This document shows positions 41,450 to 51,642 of a stretch of DNA of 64,000 bases, piece after piece; the first letter of the stretch is position 1, and each line of letters starts with the position of its first letter. This DNA is from Cyanophyceae cyanobacterium (GTDB lineage Bacteria; Cyanobacteriota; Cyanobacteriia; Cyanobacteriales; JBHJGN01): assembly GCA_050331735.1 (NCBI GenBank), contig JBHJGN010000066.1:23532-87531 (forward strand), written 5' to 3'. A program made the translations under genes and the position numbers. The notes under the pieces are model-generated. The model made no database searches, had not been told where the DNA came from, and was given only the letters and a program-made list of their open reading frames with translations.

Positions 41450-41463
41450 GTAAATTCTTTTAC
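41450..41463. promoter_or_regulatory. Second NtcA-type box in the xdh/NCS2 divergent region
   Basis: GTA-AATTCTTT-TAC; no correctly spaced -10 found. Confidence 0.4.
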
Positions 41464-41504
41464 ATTATTTATTTCTGAACCTATCAAAGAGCATTCCAGT
41501 CATT

Positions 41505-41547
41505 TGTATCAAAAACTACAATAGTTTATAACTATCTTGAATAAGTT
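41505..41547 (+). promoter_or_regulatory. Class II NtcA-activated promoter of the NCS2 permease-deaminase operon
   Basis: TGTA-TCAAAAAC-TACA (41505-41520); TAAGTT (TAN3T) at 41542-41547, 22 nt after the GTA-N8-TAC. Confidence 0.75.
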
Positions 41548-41636
41548 GTTAAATAAGGTAGTATCGAAATTTTCAGAATGCCGAGCTATACGGCAACGAT
41601 CTGAAAAATGAATTCTTATTGAGGAGAACCAGAAGC

Positions 41637-43046
41637 ATGAGTCGGAAAGAGCCGTCAACTCTGACCGAAGAAACCAGTCACTCAGATGCCAACGCAGGGG
41701 GCTTGGCTGGTTTTTTTGATTTTGACCAACTCAATACTAATTTCCGGACGGAAGCTTTGGCAGGAGTGACGACGTTCGTCACAATGGCCTACATTCTCGC
41801 CGTCAATCCCGGCATTCTCTCTAATGCGATCTTCTTAGAAGAGTCGGGAGATCTGTTTGGGGAACTGGTTTTTGCGACTGCCATTTCTGCCGCGATTTCG
41901 ACGTTGGTCATGGGACTTTATGCTAAATATCCGTTTGCCCTGGCTCCAGGAATGGGAATTAATGCCTACTTTGCCTTTTCGGTCGTTCTCGGATTGGGAA
42001 TCGACTGGCGCGTTGCCCTAGCGGCGGTGTTTGTCGAGGGACTGATTTTTATCGCAATGTCTCTGTCTCAACTGCGAAGCCGCATCGTCACTGCCATCCC
42101 AGACTGTCTTAAACACGCTACTGCTGCGGGAATTGGTTTATTTATTGCCTATATTGCCCTCACGAGTAATTCGGGCATTATTGTCACCGACGAAGCGACC
42201 ACCACCAAGCTAGGAGATATCGGTCAGGCGAACACGCTGATGGCGATCGCCGGTATTCTCATAACCTCCGCGTTTATGGCTCGGCGGATCAAAGGGGCCT
42301 TGCTGATTGGGATCCTGGCCACGGCCTTACTCGGCTGGATTTTAGGGGTTGCCCCTTGGCCAGAAGGCATCGTTGGTTTTCCAGCCATTCCCACCCACAT
42401 TGCCGGACAAGCGTTTGTTGGTTTGGGGCAGGTCTTTGAAAACAACGTTTGGAATTTACTGGCGGTTCTGTTCGTTTTTCTGTTTGTCGATACGTTTGAT
42501 ACGGTGGGGACTCTTACGGGCGTTGGCGTGAAAGCTGGCTTTGTTAACGACCGAGGAGAACTCCCCAAAGCCAGTCAAGCATTTATGGCCGATGCGATCG
42601 GTACTACCGTTGGCGCCGCGTTAGGGACGTCTACAGTAGCGACCTATATTGAATCAGCATCAGGAGTATCAGAAGGAGGACGGAGTGGTTTTACAGCGGT
42701 TGTGACCGCGATTTTGTTCGCGCTAGCCATTTTTTTTACCCCCTTGCTGTCTGCCATTCCGCCGTTTGCGACCGCTTCTGCCCTACTGATTGTTGGTGTT
42801 TTGATGGCGGGTAGCATCACCGAAATTAATTGGAACGATCCGGCTGAATCTATTCCTTCTTTTTTGACAATTTTGTTTATTCCACTCAGCTTCTCCATTG
42901 CTGAAGGATTAGCCGTCGGCTTTATTAGCTATCCTCTCCTCAAATCTTTTCAAGGCAAAGCCCACGAAATCGATCTAACCGTTTGGATTTTAGCCGCCGT
43001 ATTTTTGCTTAGGTTTATTTTTCTGGCTTTAGAAATTGGAGCTTAG
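41637..43046 (+). CDS. NCS2 (AzgA-like) purine permease
   Basis: TEALAGVTTFVTMAYI, APGMG, FDTVGTL, YIESASG..GGRSG; RBS GAGGAG at 41621. Confidence 0.93.
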   Translation: MSRKEPSTLTEETSHSDANAGGLAGFFDFDQLNTNFRTEALAGVTTFVTMAYILAVNPGILSNAIFLEESGDLFGELVFATAISAAISTLVMGLYAKYPFALAPGMGINAYFAFSVVLGLGIDWRVALAAVFVEGLIFIAMSLSQLRSRIVTAIPDCLKHATAAGIGLFIAYIALTSNSGIIVTDEATTTKLGDIGQANTLMAIAGILITSAFMARRIKGALLIGILATALLGWILGVAPWPEGIVGFPAIPTHIAGQAFVGLGQVFENNVWNLLAVLFVFLFVDTFDTVGTLTGVGVKAGFVNDRGELPKASQAFMADAIGTTVGAALGTSTVATYIESASGVSEGGRSGFTAVVTAILFALAIFFTPLLSAIPPFATASALLIVGVLMAGSITEINWNDPAESIPSFLTILFIPLSFSIAEGLAVGFISYPLLKSFQGKAHEIDLTVWILAAVFLLRFIFLALEIGA

Positions 43047-43100
43047 TTCGGAAAATAATTGATCAATAAACTAACGAGCAACGAACAAAACCGACAATGA

Positions 43101-44144
<1,044 letters not shown>

Positions 44145-44157
44145 TCGATGGGCCGGT

Positions 44158-44535
44158 CTAGTCGTGACACTGCTGGCACAGTCCAAAAAATTCTAGAGTA
44201 TGATAGTAAACTTTAAACTGATGGGATTTCTCTAAGCGGTTGTCCAGATCGTTGATCGGACATTCTGCGATCGGAGTAGAGGCTCCACAATTAATGCAGG
44301 TTAGGTGATGCTGATCCTGCTGCACTAAGCTATAAAGAGATTCCCCGGTGGCTAGCGTTCGTACCTGGACATCCCCCTCTAACTTTAGAGCTTCTAAAGC
44401 TCTATAAACCGTTGCGAGCCCAATATGCTGCTTGCGGTTGCGGAGTTCAACGTAAAGCTCTTGGGCAGAAATCGCCCGGTTGAGGGTTTGCAACAGGTTA
44501 AAAATTCGCTCTTGGGAGCGAGTCCGTTTGGTCAT
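44158..44535 (-). CDS. zur: Zinc uptake regulator (Fur family, FurB/Zur)
   Basis: RTRSQERI, GLATVYRALEALKLEG, HHLTCINC, YYHTLEFFGLCQQC. Confidence 0.85.
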   Translation of the reverse strand: MTKRTRSQERIFNLLQTLNRAISAQELYVELRNRKQHIGLATVYRALEALKLEGDVQVRTLATGESLYSLVQQDQHHLTCINCGASTPIAECPINDLDNRLEKSHQFKVYYHTLEFFGLCQQCHD

Positions 44536-44647
44536 TGTTGGCTTGCTTGGAGTCTCAAATTGCCACTATTTATCTTTATTTTAGGCGCTAGCGTTATTTG
44601 GAGGTTTAAATTATAAAAACTCCGAACATCTCGGCAAGCCAAGAAAC

Positions 44648-45667
44648 CTACACAGGACTCTGAGAGGGCAGTTCTTCCGAGTGATAGGAGCGCGTTGGAG
44701 GCGGAAAACCACAGGCAGTGCCGTCTTTATGCACCACCTCGTCTTCCCAGGGCAGACGATAGCAACCGTTGACCAAATCCTTCATATAGGTGTAGGGGCA
44801 ATCCGGTGCGCCTCCGTCAACTGCAACATAGCCCCGATGCCCAAACTGATAGATATTGTTTTCTACCCCCCAGTGTATCCGGGCTTCGCGGACTAAATCG
44901 GGTCGCACCTCCGCCGTAATAATTTCATCAGGACGATGGCTCCCCGTGACTACTGGAGTCCCATCAAAGTTGATAATCATGCCCTCGCCCATCGAGTCAA
45001 ACGTACCGTCGCTGCCGCACATGCACACAGAAGCCGTACACATCAGGTTGCAGAAGGCATTGGCCTGATTGGTAATCTGCCAGGAATGGCGAATCGGTGC
45101 TGTATAGCCTGCCGTCCGCAACATAATCTCTGCCCCCTTGTAGGCACACTCCCGCGCCATTTCTGGAAACATGCCATCGTGGCAGATAATGAGCGCAATC
45201 GTGCTGCCGTTCGGACCTTCACACACCGGAATTCCCAGATTTCCCGGTTCCCAAGGCTCCACCGGAACCCACGGATGGAGCTTGCGGTAGTACAGCTTCA
45301 GTTCCCCCTGGTCATCGATAATGATGCCGCTGTTATAGGGATTTCCCTGCGGGTTGTACTCCATGATCGAAAAGCAGCCCCAAATCTGATGTTCTCTACA
45401 GGCTTGGCTAAAAGCTGCGACTTCTGGACCATCTAAACGGCACATAATTTCAGGATTCGTATCCATCGACAAGCCGTGTAGGGAGTATTCAGGAAACACC
45501 ACCAAATCCATTGTCGGCATATTGCGCCGTGCCTTCCCGACCAGGCTGCAAATCCGCCCTGTTTGAGCCGCCACATCGTCCGGTGTGATCACGTTAGGAA
45601 GCTGTAGCTGCACCATTCCTAACACAACTCCGTTGGGAGATTTATTTAAACCACCAAGTCCACTCAT
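44648..45667 (-). CDS. amiF: Formamidase (nitrilase superfamily)
   Basis: MSGLGGLNKS, FPEYSLHG, YRKLHPWVPVEPW, ICHDGMFPE (Glu-Lys-Cys triad). Confidence 0.88.
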   Translation of the reverse strand: MSGLGGLNKSPNGVVLGMVQLQLPNVITPDDVAAQTGRICSLVGKARRNMPTMDLVVFPEYSLHGLSMDTNPEIMCRLDGPEVAAFSQACREHQIWGCFSIMEYNPQGNPYNSGIIIDDQGELKLYYRKLHPWVPVEPWEPGNLGIPVCEGPNGSTIALIICHDGMFPEMARECAYKGAEIMLRTAGYTAPIRHSWQITNQANAFCNLMCTASVCMCGSDGTFDSMGEGMIINFDGTPVVTGSHRPDEIITAEVRPDLVREARIHWGVENNIYQFGHRGYVAVDGGAPDCPYTYMKDLVNGCYRLPWEDEVVHKDGTACGFPPPTRSYHSEELPSQSPV

Positions 45668-45816
45668 TTTTAATCATCCTCGTTACGTTACAGACGGTCG
45701 AAAAGTTTGGCAGTGAGGGCTAGAGAGTTTTCCACTACCAATCAAGCGGCTCTACTATTATCGTGAGTTACCAACTCACTCGTTGTTTCCCCTTCCCCCT
45801 TCCCCAAAACCTCTGA

Positions 45817-46746
45817 CTAACTATCCTGACTTCCCAACGCTCCCGGAGCCCCCAATGAAGCCCGCGTGGGCGAACAGGTCACAATCATTACGATGAGAGT
45901 CAAAATGTAGGGAGCCGCGTTAAACAAATAGTAGTAAGAATCGATGCCCACCGTTTGTAGAGCCGGACCAATGGCCTGAGCACCGCCAAACAGGAGAGCG
46001 GCGTAGAGACACTGCACCGGGTTCCAGCGAGCAAAAATAACCAGCGCTACCGCCATGAGCCCTTGGCCGCTAGAGATGCGCTCGTTCCAGCTACCGGGGT
46101 AGTCAAGAGACAAGTAAGCACCGCCGATTCCGGCTAAGAAGCTGCCGCAGACAATGGCTAGCGTTCGTACCCAAAACACAGAAATGCCCATTGCTTTCGC
46201 TGCCTCGGGATTATCCCCGACGGCTCGAATGTAAATTCCCCAGCGAGTAGAGCGGAAAAACCACTGCATGACGGGGGCGAGCACCGCACCGAGAATCAAC
46301 AGGGGGCTAATTTTGAGGGCAGCTCGTACTGGCGGCAGAGCGCTCCAGCGACCCAATTCCAGGGCCGGTAGCTGAGGAGCCACCGGCTGAATAAACGGCT
46401 TGCCCAGGAAGAAGGCAATGCCGCTGCCAAAAATAATCATGGCGATACCGACAGCAACATCGTTGACTCTCGGCTGCTGAGAAATAAGGGCGTGAATCGT
46501 ACCGAGAACCATGCCTGCTACCCCGGCCACCAGAACGCCTAGCCACGGAGACCCCGTCAGGTAGGAAACGGCGTAGGCACTCATCGCTCCCATGAGTAGG
46601 GTTCCTTCCAGCCCTAAATTAATCTTGCCGCTTTTTTCCGTGAGGCATTCGCCCAAGCTGACAAACAGAAACGGGACGCTGCCCCGCAACGTGCCAGCCA
46701 CAATCGCCAGTGGAACTCCCCACCAGCCCAGTTCAGGTGTTGCCAT
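45817..46746 (-). CDS. ABC transporter permease (BMP/nucleoside type)
   Basis: LGECLTEKSGKINLGLEG, RAVGDNPEAA, GQGLMAVALVIFARW. Confidence 0.9.
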   Translation of the reverse strand: MATPELGWWGVPLAIVAGTLRGSVPFLFVSLGECLTEKSGKINLGLEGTLLMGAMSAYAVSYLTGSPWLGVLVAGVAGMVLGTIHALISQQPRVNDVAVGIAMIIFGSGIAFFLGKPFIQPVAPQLPALELGRWSALPPVRAALKISPLLILGAVLAPVMQWFFRSTRWGIYIRAVGDNPEAAKAMGISVFWVRTLAIVCGSFLAGIGGAYLSLDYPGSWNERISSGQGLMAVALVIFARWNPVQCLYAALLFGGAQAIGPALQTVGIDSYYYLFNAAPYILTLIVMIVTCSPTRASLGAPGALGSQDS

Positions 46747-47794
46747 AGTTCTCCTGCCAGCTCGACCAGCGCCCGTAGAGGGACTCACTAAACAAAATCA
46801 CCAGGAACACTAGCCCCTGGAAGACTAACACGGTCGCATCGGGGAGCTCGTGCGCTCGCTGCAAAATGCCGCCGCTGGCTAGAATACCGCCCAAAAGCAC
46901 AGCGACTAACCCCGTGGCGAGCGGACTGTGCCGCGCCACGAACGCCACCAGAATGCCGCTATAGCCGTAGTTAGCGTTTAAAGCCTCACTAACCCGACCG
47001 TGAACCGCTGCCACCTCTACCATTCCTGCGAGTCCCGCGCAAGACCCGGCGAGAAAGCAAATAGCTAGGGTAAGCTTACCAACCGACAGTCCAGCAATTT
47101 GTGCCGCGCGAACATTGCCCCCAACAGTGCGGGCCGCAAACCCAAAGGTGGTTCGACTAATCAGGAAATAGGCAATCAGGCAGGCCACTAGCCCGTAGAG
47201 TAACCCGTAGTGCACCCGCGTTCCGGGCAGTTCCCCGAGGCGGTAGGGATCGAGCAGCGGATGGGTAGCGGGTCGATTGAGGCTGGAGGGGTCTCGCATC
47301 GGTCCTTCCACCAGTTGATTCATCAGGGCGATCGCAATATAGTTCAGCAGCAGGCTGCTAATGGTTTCGTTCACGCCGCGATAGTGGCGCAGCGCTCCCA
47401 CGATGGCAATCCAGACGCCGCCAGCAACGATGCCCGCCCCGGCCATCGCCACCAGAACCACCAGGGGCGCAGCCGATAGCGCTAATCCTACCGCCACCGC
47501 CGCTACACCGCCAACGATTAGCGCTCCCTCGTTCCCGATCACGACTAGACCGATGCGGGCTGGCAGGACCGTACACAACGCGGTCAACATCAGGGGAGCA
47601 GCGCGAATTAGGGTATTTTGCCAAGCATACCAACTGCCAAAAGCCGCTCGATAAATTGAGGCATACACGCCGAACGGATTGGCCCCGGCGATCGCACAAA
47701 AAATCCCAAACAGCAGCAGCGCCGTAGCGACCGCCGCAATTGGAATCACCACCGCTTCTAGCTTCCTGCCCGGTAGCAGCTTCATCATTCCCAC
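46733..47794 (-). CDS. ABC transporter permease (BMP/nucleoside type)
   Basis: IGNEG, GVNETISSLLLNYI, GGNVRAA, GYSGILVA. Confidence 0.9.
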   Translation of the reverse strand: MGMMKLLPGRKLEAVVIPIAAVATALLLFGIFCAIAGANPFGVYASIYRAAFGSWYAWQNTLIRAAPLMLTALCTVLPARIGLVVIGNEGALIVGGVAAVAVGLALSAAPLVVLVAMAGAGIVAGGVWIAIVGALRHYRGVNETISSLLLNYIAIALMNQLVEGPMRDPSSLNRPATHPLLDPYRLGELPGTRVHYGLLYGLVACLIAYFLISRTTFGFAARTVGGNVRAAQIAGLSVGKLTLAICFLAGSCAGLAGMVEVAAVHGRVSEALNANYGYSGILVAFVARHSPLATGLVAVLLGGILASGGILQRAHELPDATVLVFQGLVFLVILFSESLYGRWSSWQENYGNT

Positions 47795-47875
47795 TTCATG
47801 TCAAGCAACAGCAACAAACCTTTGCCAATGCCGACCCCACTTTTTGAATTGTTCATGCTCGATGTTGCCTTCTCA

Positions 47876-49063
47876 TCAAGTGGTCCTCCCAATTACCCCT
47901 TCCACCAGCCAGTCCATTTTTTCCAGCTCAATATTCTGCTGTTCGTAGGCCTCCCCCGCCGGAATCACCACGTTTCCCTGATTGTCTCTGAGTTCCCCTT
48001 GGTAAATTACCATCGTGCCGTCCATAAACTTGGCTTTTGCCGCTTCAGCATCCTGCTTAGCCTGCTCGCTCACCGCCGGACCGTAGGGCGATAGCTTCAC
48101 AAATCCAGCCTCCAGTCCTCCCCGCACGAGATGAGGAATGCCGCCGTTCATTAAGGTTTTACCCTCGGTCATCATTTGGGCATAGTCGGAATAAACCTTC
48201 GACCAGTCCCACTCCGCACCCGTTAAATAGCCGTTGGGAGCAAGGGCTGCCTGATTCTCGTGATAGCCAGAGCAAAAAACGCCCCGTCCCTCTGCCGTTT
48301 CCATGACCACTTTCGGGCTATCCACGTGGCAGGTGAGGACGTCTGCGCCCTGGTCGATTAAGCTATTGGAGGCTTCCGCTTCTTTGACAGGCATCGCCCA
48401 ATCTCCGGTAAAGACTACCTGAGTGGTTGCCTGGGGGTTGACGCTCCGCGCTCCTAGAGTAAAGCTATTGATGTTGCGCAACACCTGGGGAATGGGCTTA
48501 GCGGCTACAAATCCCAGTTTCCCCGTTTTCGATGTATGTCCAGCCACAATTCCGGCAAGATACTGCGCCTCATCGATGTAGCCGAAATAGCTGCCTACAT
48601 TGTCTGGATGAACGTCTTCTTGGTAGAGAGCGCCACAGTGGAAGAACTGAACCTCTGGGTATTCCTGGGCCACTTCAAGAATATGGGGGTCAAAGTAGCC
48701 AAAGGAGGTGGGATACAGCACCGTTGCCCGATCGAGGTTGATCATGTTCCGCATACTTTCCTGAACGGCGGCGGTTTCGGGCACGTTGGCTTCTTCAGTG
48801 GCTTCGATCGTCTCTTGCTGGGCAACTCCTTCTTTGCCTTCGGCATGAGCTTGATTGTAGCCGTAGTCGTCTTTCGGACCAACGTAAATAAAGCCCATCA
48901 CCAGCGGACCGCCGCCAGCCGCATCGGTTGATGCCTGCTTTCCCTGGCGGCTACATCCGGTTCCCCACTTGAGGGTCGCGCCGAAGGCTCCGGTGGCGAG
49001 AAGACCCCGAACTACTTGTCGGCGAGAAATTCTACTTAAGTAGTGACTAACCTGTTCCTTCAT
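47876..49063 (-). CDS. BMP family ABC substrate-binding lipoprotein, Tat-exported
   Basis: SRRQVV twin-arginine motif, GTGC lipobox-like, GFIYVGPKDDYGYNQAH, TSFGY; start uncertain. Confidence 0.88.
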   Translation of the reverse strand: MKEQVSHYLSRISRRQVVRGLLATGAFGATLKWGTGCSRQGKQASTDAAGGGPLVMGFIYVGPKDDYGYNQAHAEGKEGVAQQETIEATEEANVPETAAVQESMRNMINLDRATVLYPTSFGYFDPHILEVAQEYPEVQFFHCGALYQEDVHPDNVGSYFGYIDEAQYLAGIVAGHTSKTGKLGFVAAKPIPQVLRNINSFTLGARSVNPQATTQVVFTGDWAMPVKEAEASNSLIDQGADVLTCHVDSPKVVMETAEGRGVFCSGYHENQAALAPNGYLTGAEWDWSKVYSDYAQMMTEGKTLMNGGIPHLVRGGLEAGFVKLSPYGPAVSEQAKQDAEAAKAKFMDGTMVIYQGELRDNQGNVVIPAGEAYEQQNIELEKMDWLVEGVIGRTT

Positions 49064-49147
49064 GTCTGGCTTTAAGCTCAATCTAGTGACGCGGTACTCG
49101 GGTTTAAGCGATTAAAGACTAGGAAAATATATTTCAGCCAGATTTTT

Positions 49148-49163
49148 TGTTAAAGAAAATACA
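49148..49163 (-). promoter_or_regulatory. Near-consensus NtcA box upstream of the BMP-ABC/formamidase operon
   Basis: Minus strand TGTA-TTTTCTTT-AACA, one mismatch to GTA-N8-TAC. Confidence 0.4.
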
Positions 49164-49270
49164 TTTAGGGTCAATTGGGAGCAGCGGTACCTGGGGGAAG
49201 TGCTAGGCGATCGCCCTGAGCATCTAGCTCATTTAAATGAGAGGGTAACAACAGGGTGAGTCTCTCAGGC

Positions 49271-49365
49271 GATAAACATTGTGCTAACTCTGCATGCTGC
49301 TCAGCATCGTATTAGTCAGCTTCTGAATAGTCGGTAAGTGCTTCAGGATGAAAGACATACTTCAT
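49271..49365 (-). pseudogene. Remnant of a RelE/ParE family toxin gene
   Basis: Minus strand reads MKYVFHPEALTDYSEAD*YDAEQHAELAQ, matching the N-terminal pattern of ParE-type toxins; in-frame stop and truncation. Confidence 0.6.
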
Positions 49366-49517
49366 TCTTTCAAGCTGAGCATCTGAGTCATTTAAAAATA
49401 GCATGATTGATAAACACCATTTCATTTCTATTCAGCCCTCCTTGCACCAAGCTTGCCACGCTTCCCATTGTTCTACCAGAGAGGGCAAACAGCCAAGAGC
49501 AGTGGTGAGGGAAAATG

Positions 49518-50294
49518 CTAGATACGCTCCAAAATAAACTGTAGCGTTACTCTAGGAGCCTGCGCTAGAGCAGAACGCATTGCTTGCTCATCGGCAAACG
49601 TTTCTGGTAGACGATGACCCTCGCCAACAACAACTACTCTGTCTTGCTTAAAAGGCCAGGGAGAGAGAGTAAAGCGCTTTGAATCGCCGTCCGCTTTCAG
49701 CTTAAGAGTTGTTGTCCCTTGAGCTGCGGGGGCTTCAATTAACTGTTCTGTCTCTATGCCCATACACATAGCCAGCGAAAGACGGTCTAACGCCCTGACC
49801 AACTGCTGATTGCGGGTCACGGTTTCTGAGGTTGTGTAAGGAGCATAGTGCGGGTCATGACGGAGACAAGTTAACCGTTCCTCCTGAAAGCGCTGCTGTT
49901 GAGCGATAAAGTCTTGGATTAGGCGAGCCTCATCAGGTGAAGCTTGACGATGATGACTGCTGTAAAGACTAACGCCGTGGAGCGACACTAATAGTGCGGG
50001 GTAATTGCCAAACGAGAGGGCAAGCTGGACACCCCGCGTCCACAAATTAGTATGGGTTGCGACCGGGACTTCAAAAAAGTTGTGGGGACGACCAATGTGA
50101 GCGTTGAGTGTCGGTGATTCTTCCCACAGGAGCCAGCCAATGTCGTGTTGTTCTGCCCCCAGACAAACCTCTGCCCAGGGTTCAAAATGACCAAAATCCT
50201 CGTTTCCCCAAACTCGTGCCATCTGACCAGACATCCAAGCATGGGACGGTTGTTTAACAACGATGAGTCCTTCTGAATCTTCGCGGTGCATCAT
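49518..50294 (-). CDS. DUF3891 family protein
   Basis: QPSHAWMSGQMA..WG, HDIGW, ALLVSLH. Confidence 0.8.
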   Translation of the reverse strand: MMHREDSEGLIVVKQPSHAWMSGQMARVWGNEDFGHFEPWAEVCLGAEQHDIGWLLWEESPTLNAHIGRPHNFFEVPVATHTNLWTRGVQLALSFGNYPALLVSLHGVSLYSSHHRQASPDEARLIQDFIAQQQRFQEERLTCLRHDPHYAPYTTSETVTRNQQLVRALDRLSLAMCMGIETEQLIEAPAAQGTTTLKLKADGDSKRFTLSPWPFKQDRVVVVGEGHRLPETFADEQAMRSALAQAPRVTLQFILERI

Positions 50295-50309
50295 CTTCTT
50301 GTCTTTCGT

Positions 50310-51467
50310 TCAACTTTGAGATAGACGCATCCACATGGGGAGCTGACGCTCTCCACCGCCCTCAATCCGTTCTAGGGCGGCATTCATTTCTAGACGGACA
50401 TCAAACTCTTGTTCTCGCTCAATGGCCCTCTGGAGGACTTCAATGGCGGTTTCATCTCCCGCCTCAGTGAGGAAGCGAGCCGCTCGCCAGCGCACAAGTT
50501 TGGAAGAATCCTCTAGGGCTAGACACATCGTCGGAATCGCTCGCTTGTCTCCTAAATCGCTGAGAGCATCTCCAGCGGTACGGCGCACAATCACAGAACG
50601 ATCGTTGAGGACGGCTTCGCTCAGAGGGTTAATCGCTTCTGGACGTTCACTGGTTCCGAGCAGCGCCGCTGCCCAGCGCCGAATGGCGGCTTTTTCGTCA
50701 TTGAGGAGAGTTTCCACAAGCACTGGAAAAGTCTCGGCATTAACTTCTAGTTGCTGAATCGCCCTGAGCCGGGTTCGCCAATCAATACTGCTCAGTTGCG
50801 CTAAGCTTTCTGTTGACTGCTTTTCTGGTGTCTTTGAGTCTGGATGAGGGGTGTCAACGGCTGCTTGAACTAAGTGCGATAGTTCTTTGTCATCAATGAG
50901 ACTCGCAACTTCCTCCGCTACCATCTGTGCGACTTCTTCTGGGTGTCCGTGACGGGGAGGGTAAGGCTGCCAGTGTCTTTCTTGAACAAAATTGGCTCCT
51001 GTCTTGTGCAGGACTTGTTGCAACGCTTCGTTAAAGCGATCGCCTACACTGACTCTTGCCTGAGATTCTGCCCCAAGAACTCTGACCTGAACAGGCAGTC
51101 CCCGAAAGACGAGCACGGCAATTGCGACCTCGCCTAAATCTTGGGTTCCGGTAGAAGGCGCTGACGAGGACGCTTCTGAACCCTTAAGAAGTTGAGCCGT
51201 CACCTCTGGCGCTGTTCCCAGTAACTGGGCGGCGACCGCCAAAATTGGTTGCCAATCAGCGTTACCCTGTCGAGTTAGAGTAATGAAGTTACTAGCTAGA
51301 AACGCTTCCTGAACGCCTTCAATTTCCAGTAACTGGCTAACGGCATCGGGGAGACTATTGGGTATTTTCCCTCGTTGCAGAGAAACTGGCGTTTCTACAA
51401 TCGGCTCGTCAAGATTGAGCTTCATGCAGTTGGGGTTGGGAGTCGTGTCTAGAGACAGAAGCTTCAT
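50310..51467 (-). CDS. Conserved virulence factor C (CvfC/YpgR)-like: NifU-N, virulence-factor and HEAT-repeat domains
   Basis: TTPNPNCMKL, FRGLPVQV, VRRTAGDALSD, KLVRWRAARFL, LPMWMR. Confidence 0.78.
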   Translation of the reverse strand: MKLLSLDTTPNPNCMKLNLDEPIVETPVSLQRGKIPNSLPDAVSQLLEIEGVQEAFLASNFITLTRQGNADWQPILAVAAQLLGTAPEVTAQLLKGSEASSSAPSTGTQDLGEVAIAVLVFRGLPVQVRVLGAESQARVSVGDRFNEALQQVLHKTGANFVQERHWQPYPPRHGHPEEVAQMVAEEVASLIDDKELSHLVQAAVDTPHPDSKTPEKQSTESLAQLSSIDWRTRLRAIQQLEVNAETFPVLVETLLNDEKAAIRRWAAALLGTSERPEAINPLSEAVLNDRSVIVRRTAGDALSDLGDKRAIPTMCLALEDSSKLVRWRAARFLTEAGDETAIEVLQRAIEREQEFDVRLEMNAALERIEGGGERQLPMWMRLSQS

Positions 51468-51642
51468 TTTTCAAATCGCTCGAGAAGTGGAGACAGTAAC
51501 ACTTTCACTCCTAGAGTAACAATTCTGGCGGCTGAACCGAGAAGAGTCTCTAAAATATCCATTCCTGATAGCGATCGCGCTGACTCCATCTCCCGGTAGT
51601 GCTCATCAAATCCACCGTTGGTTATCCTCACCAGGATTAACT

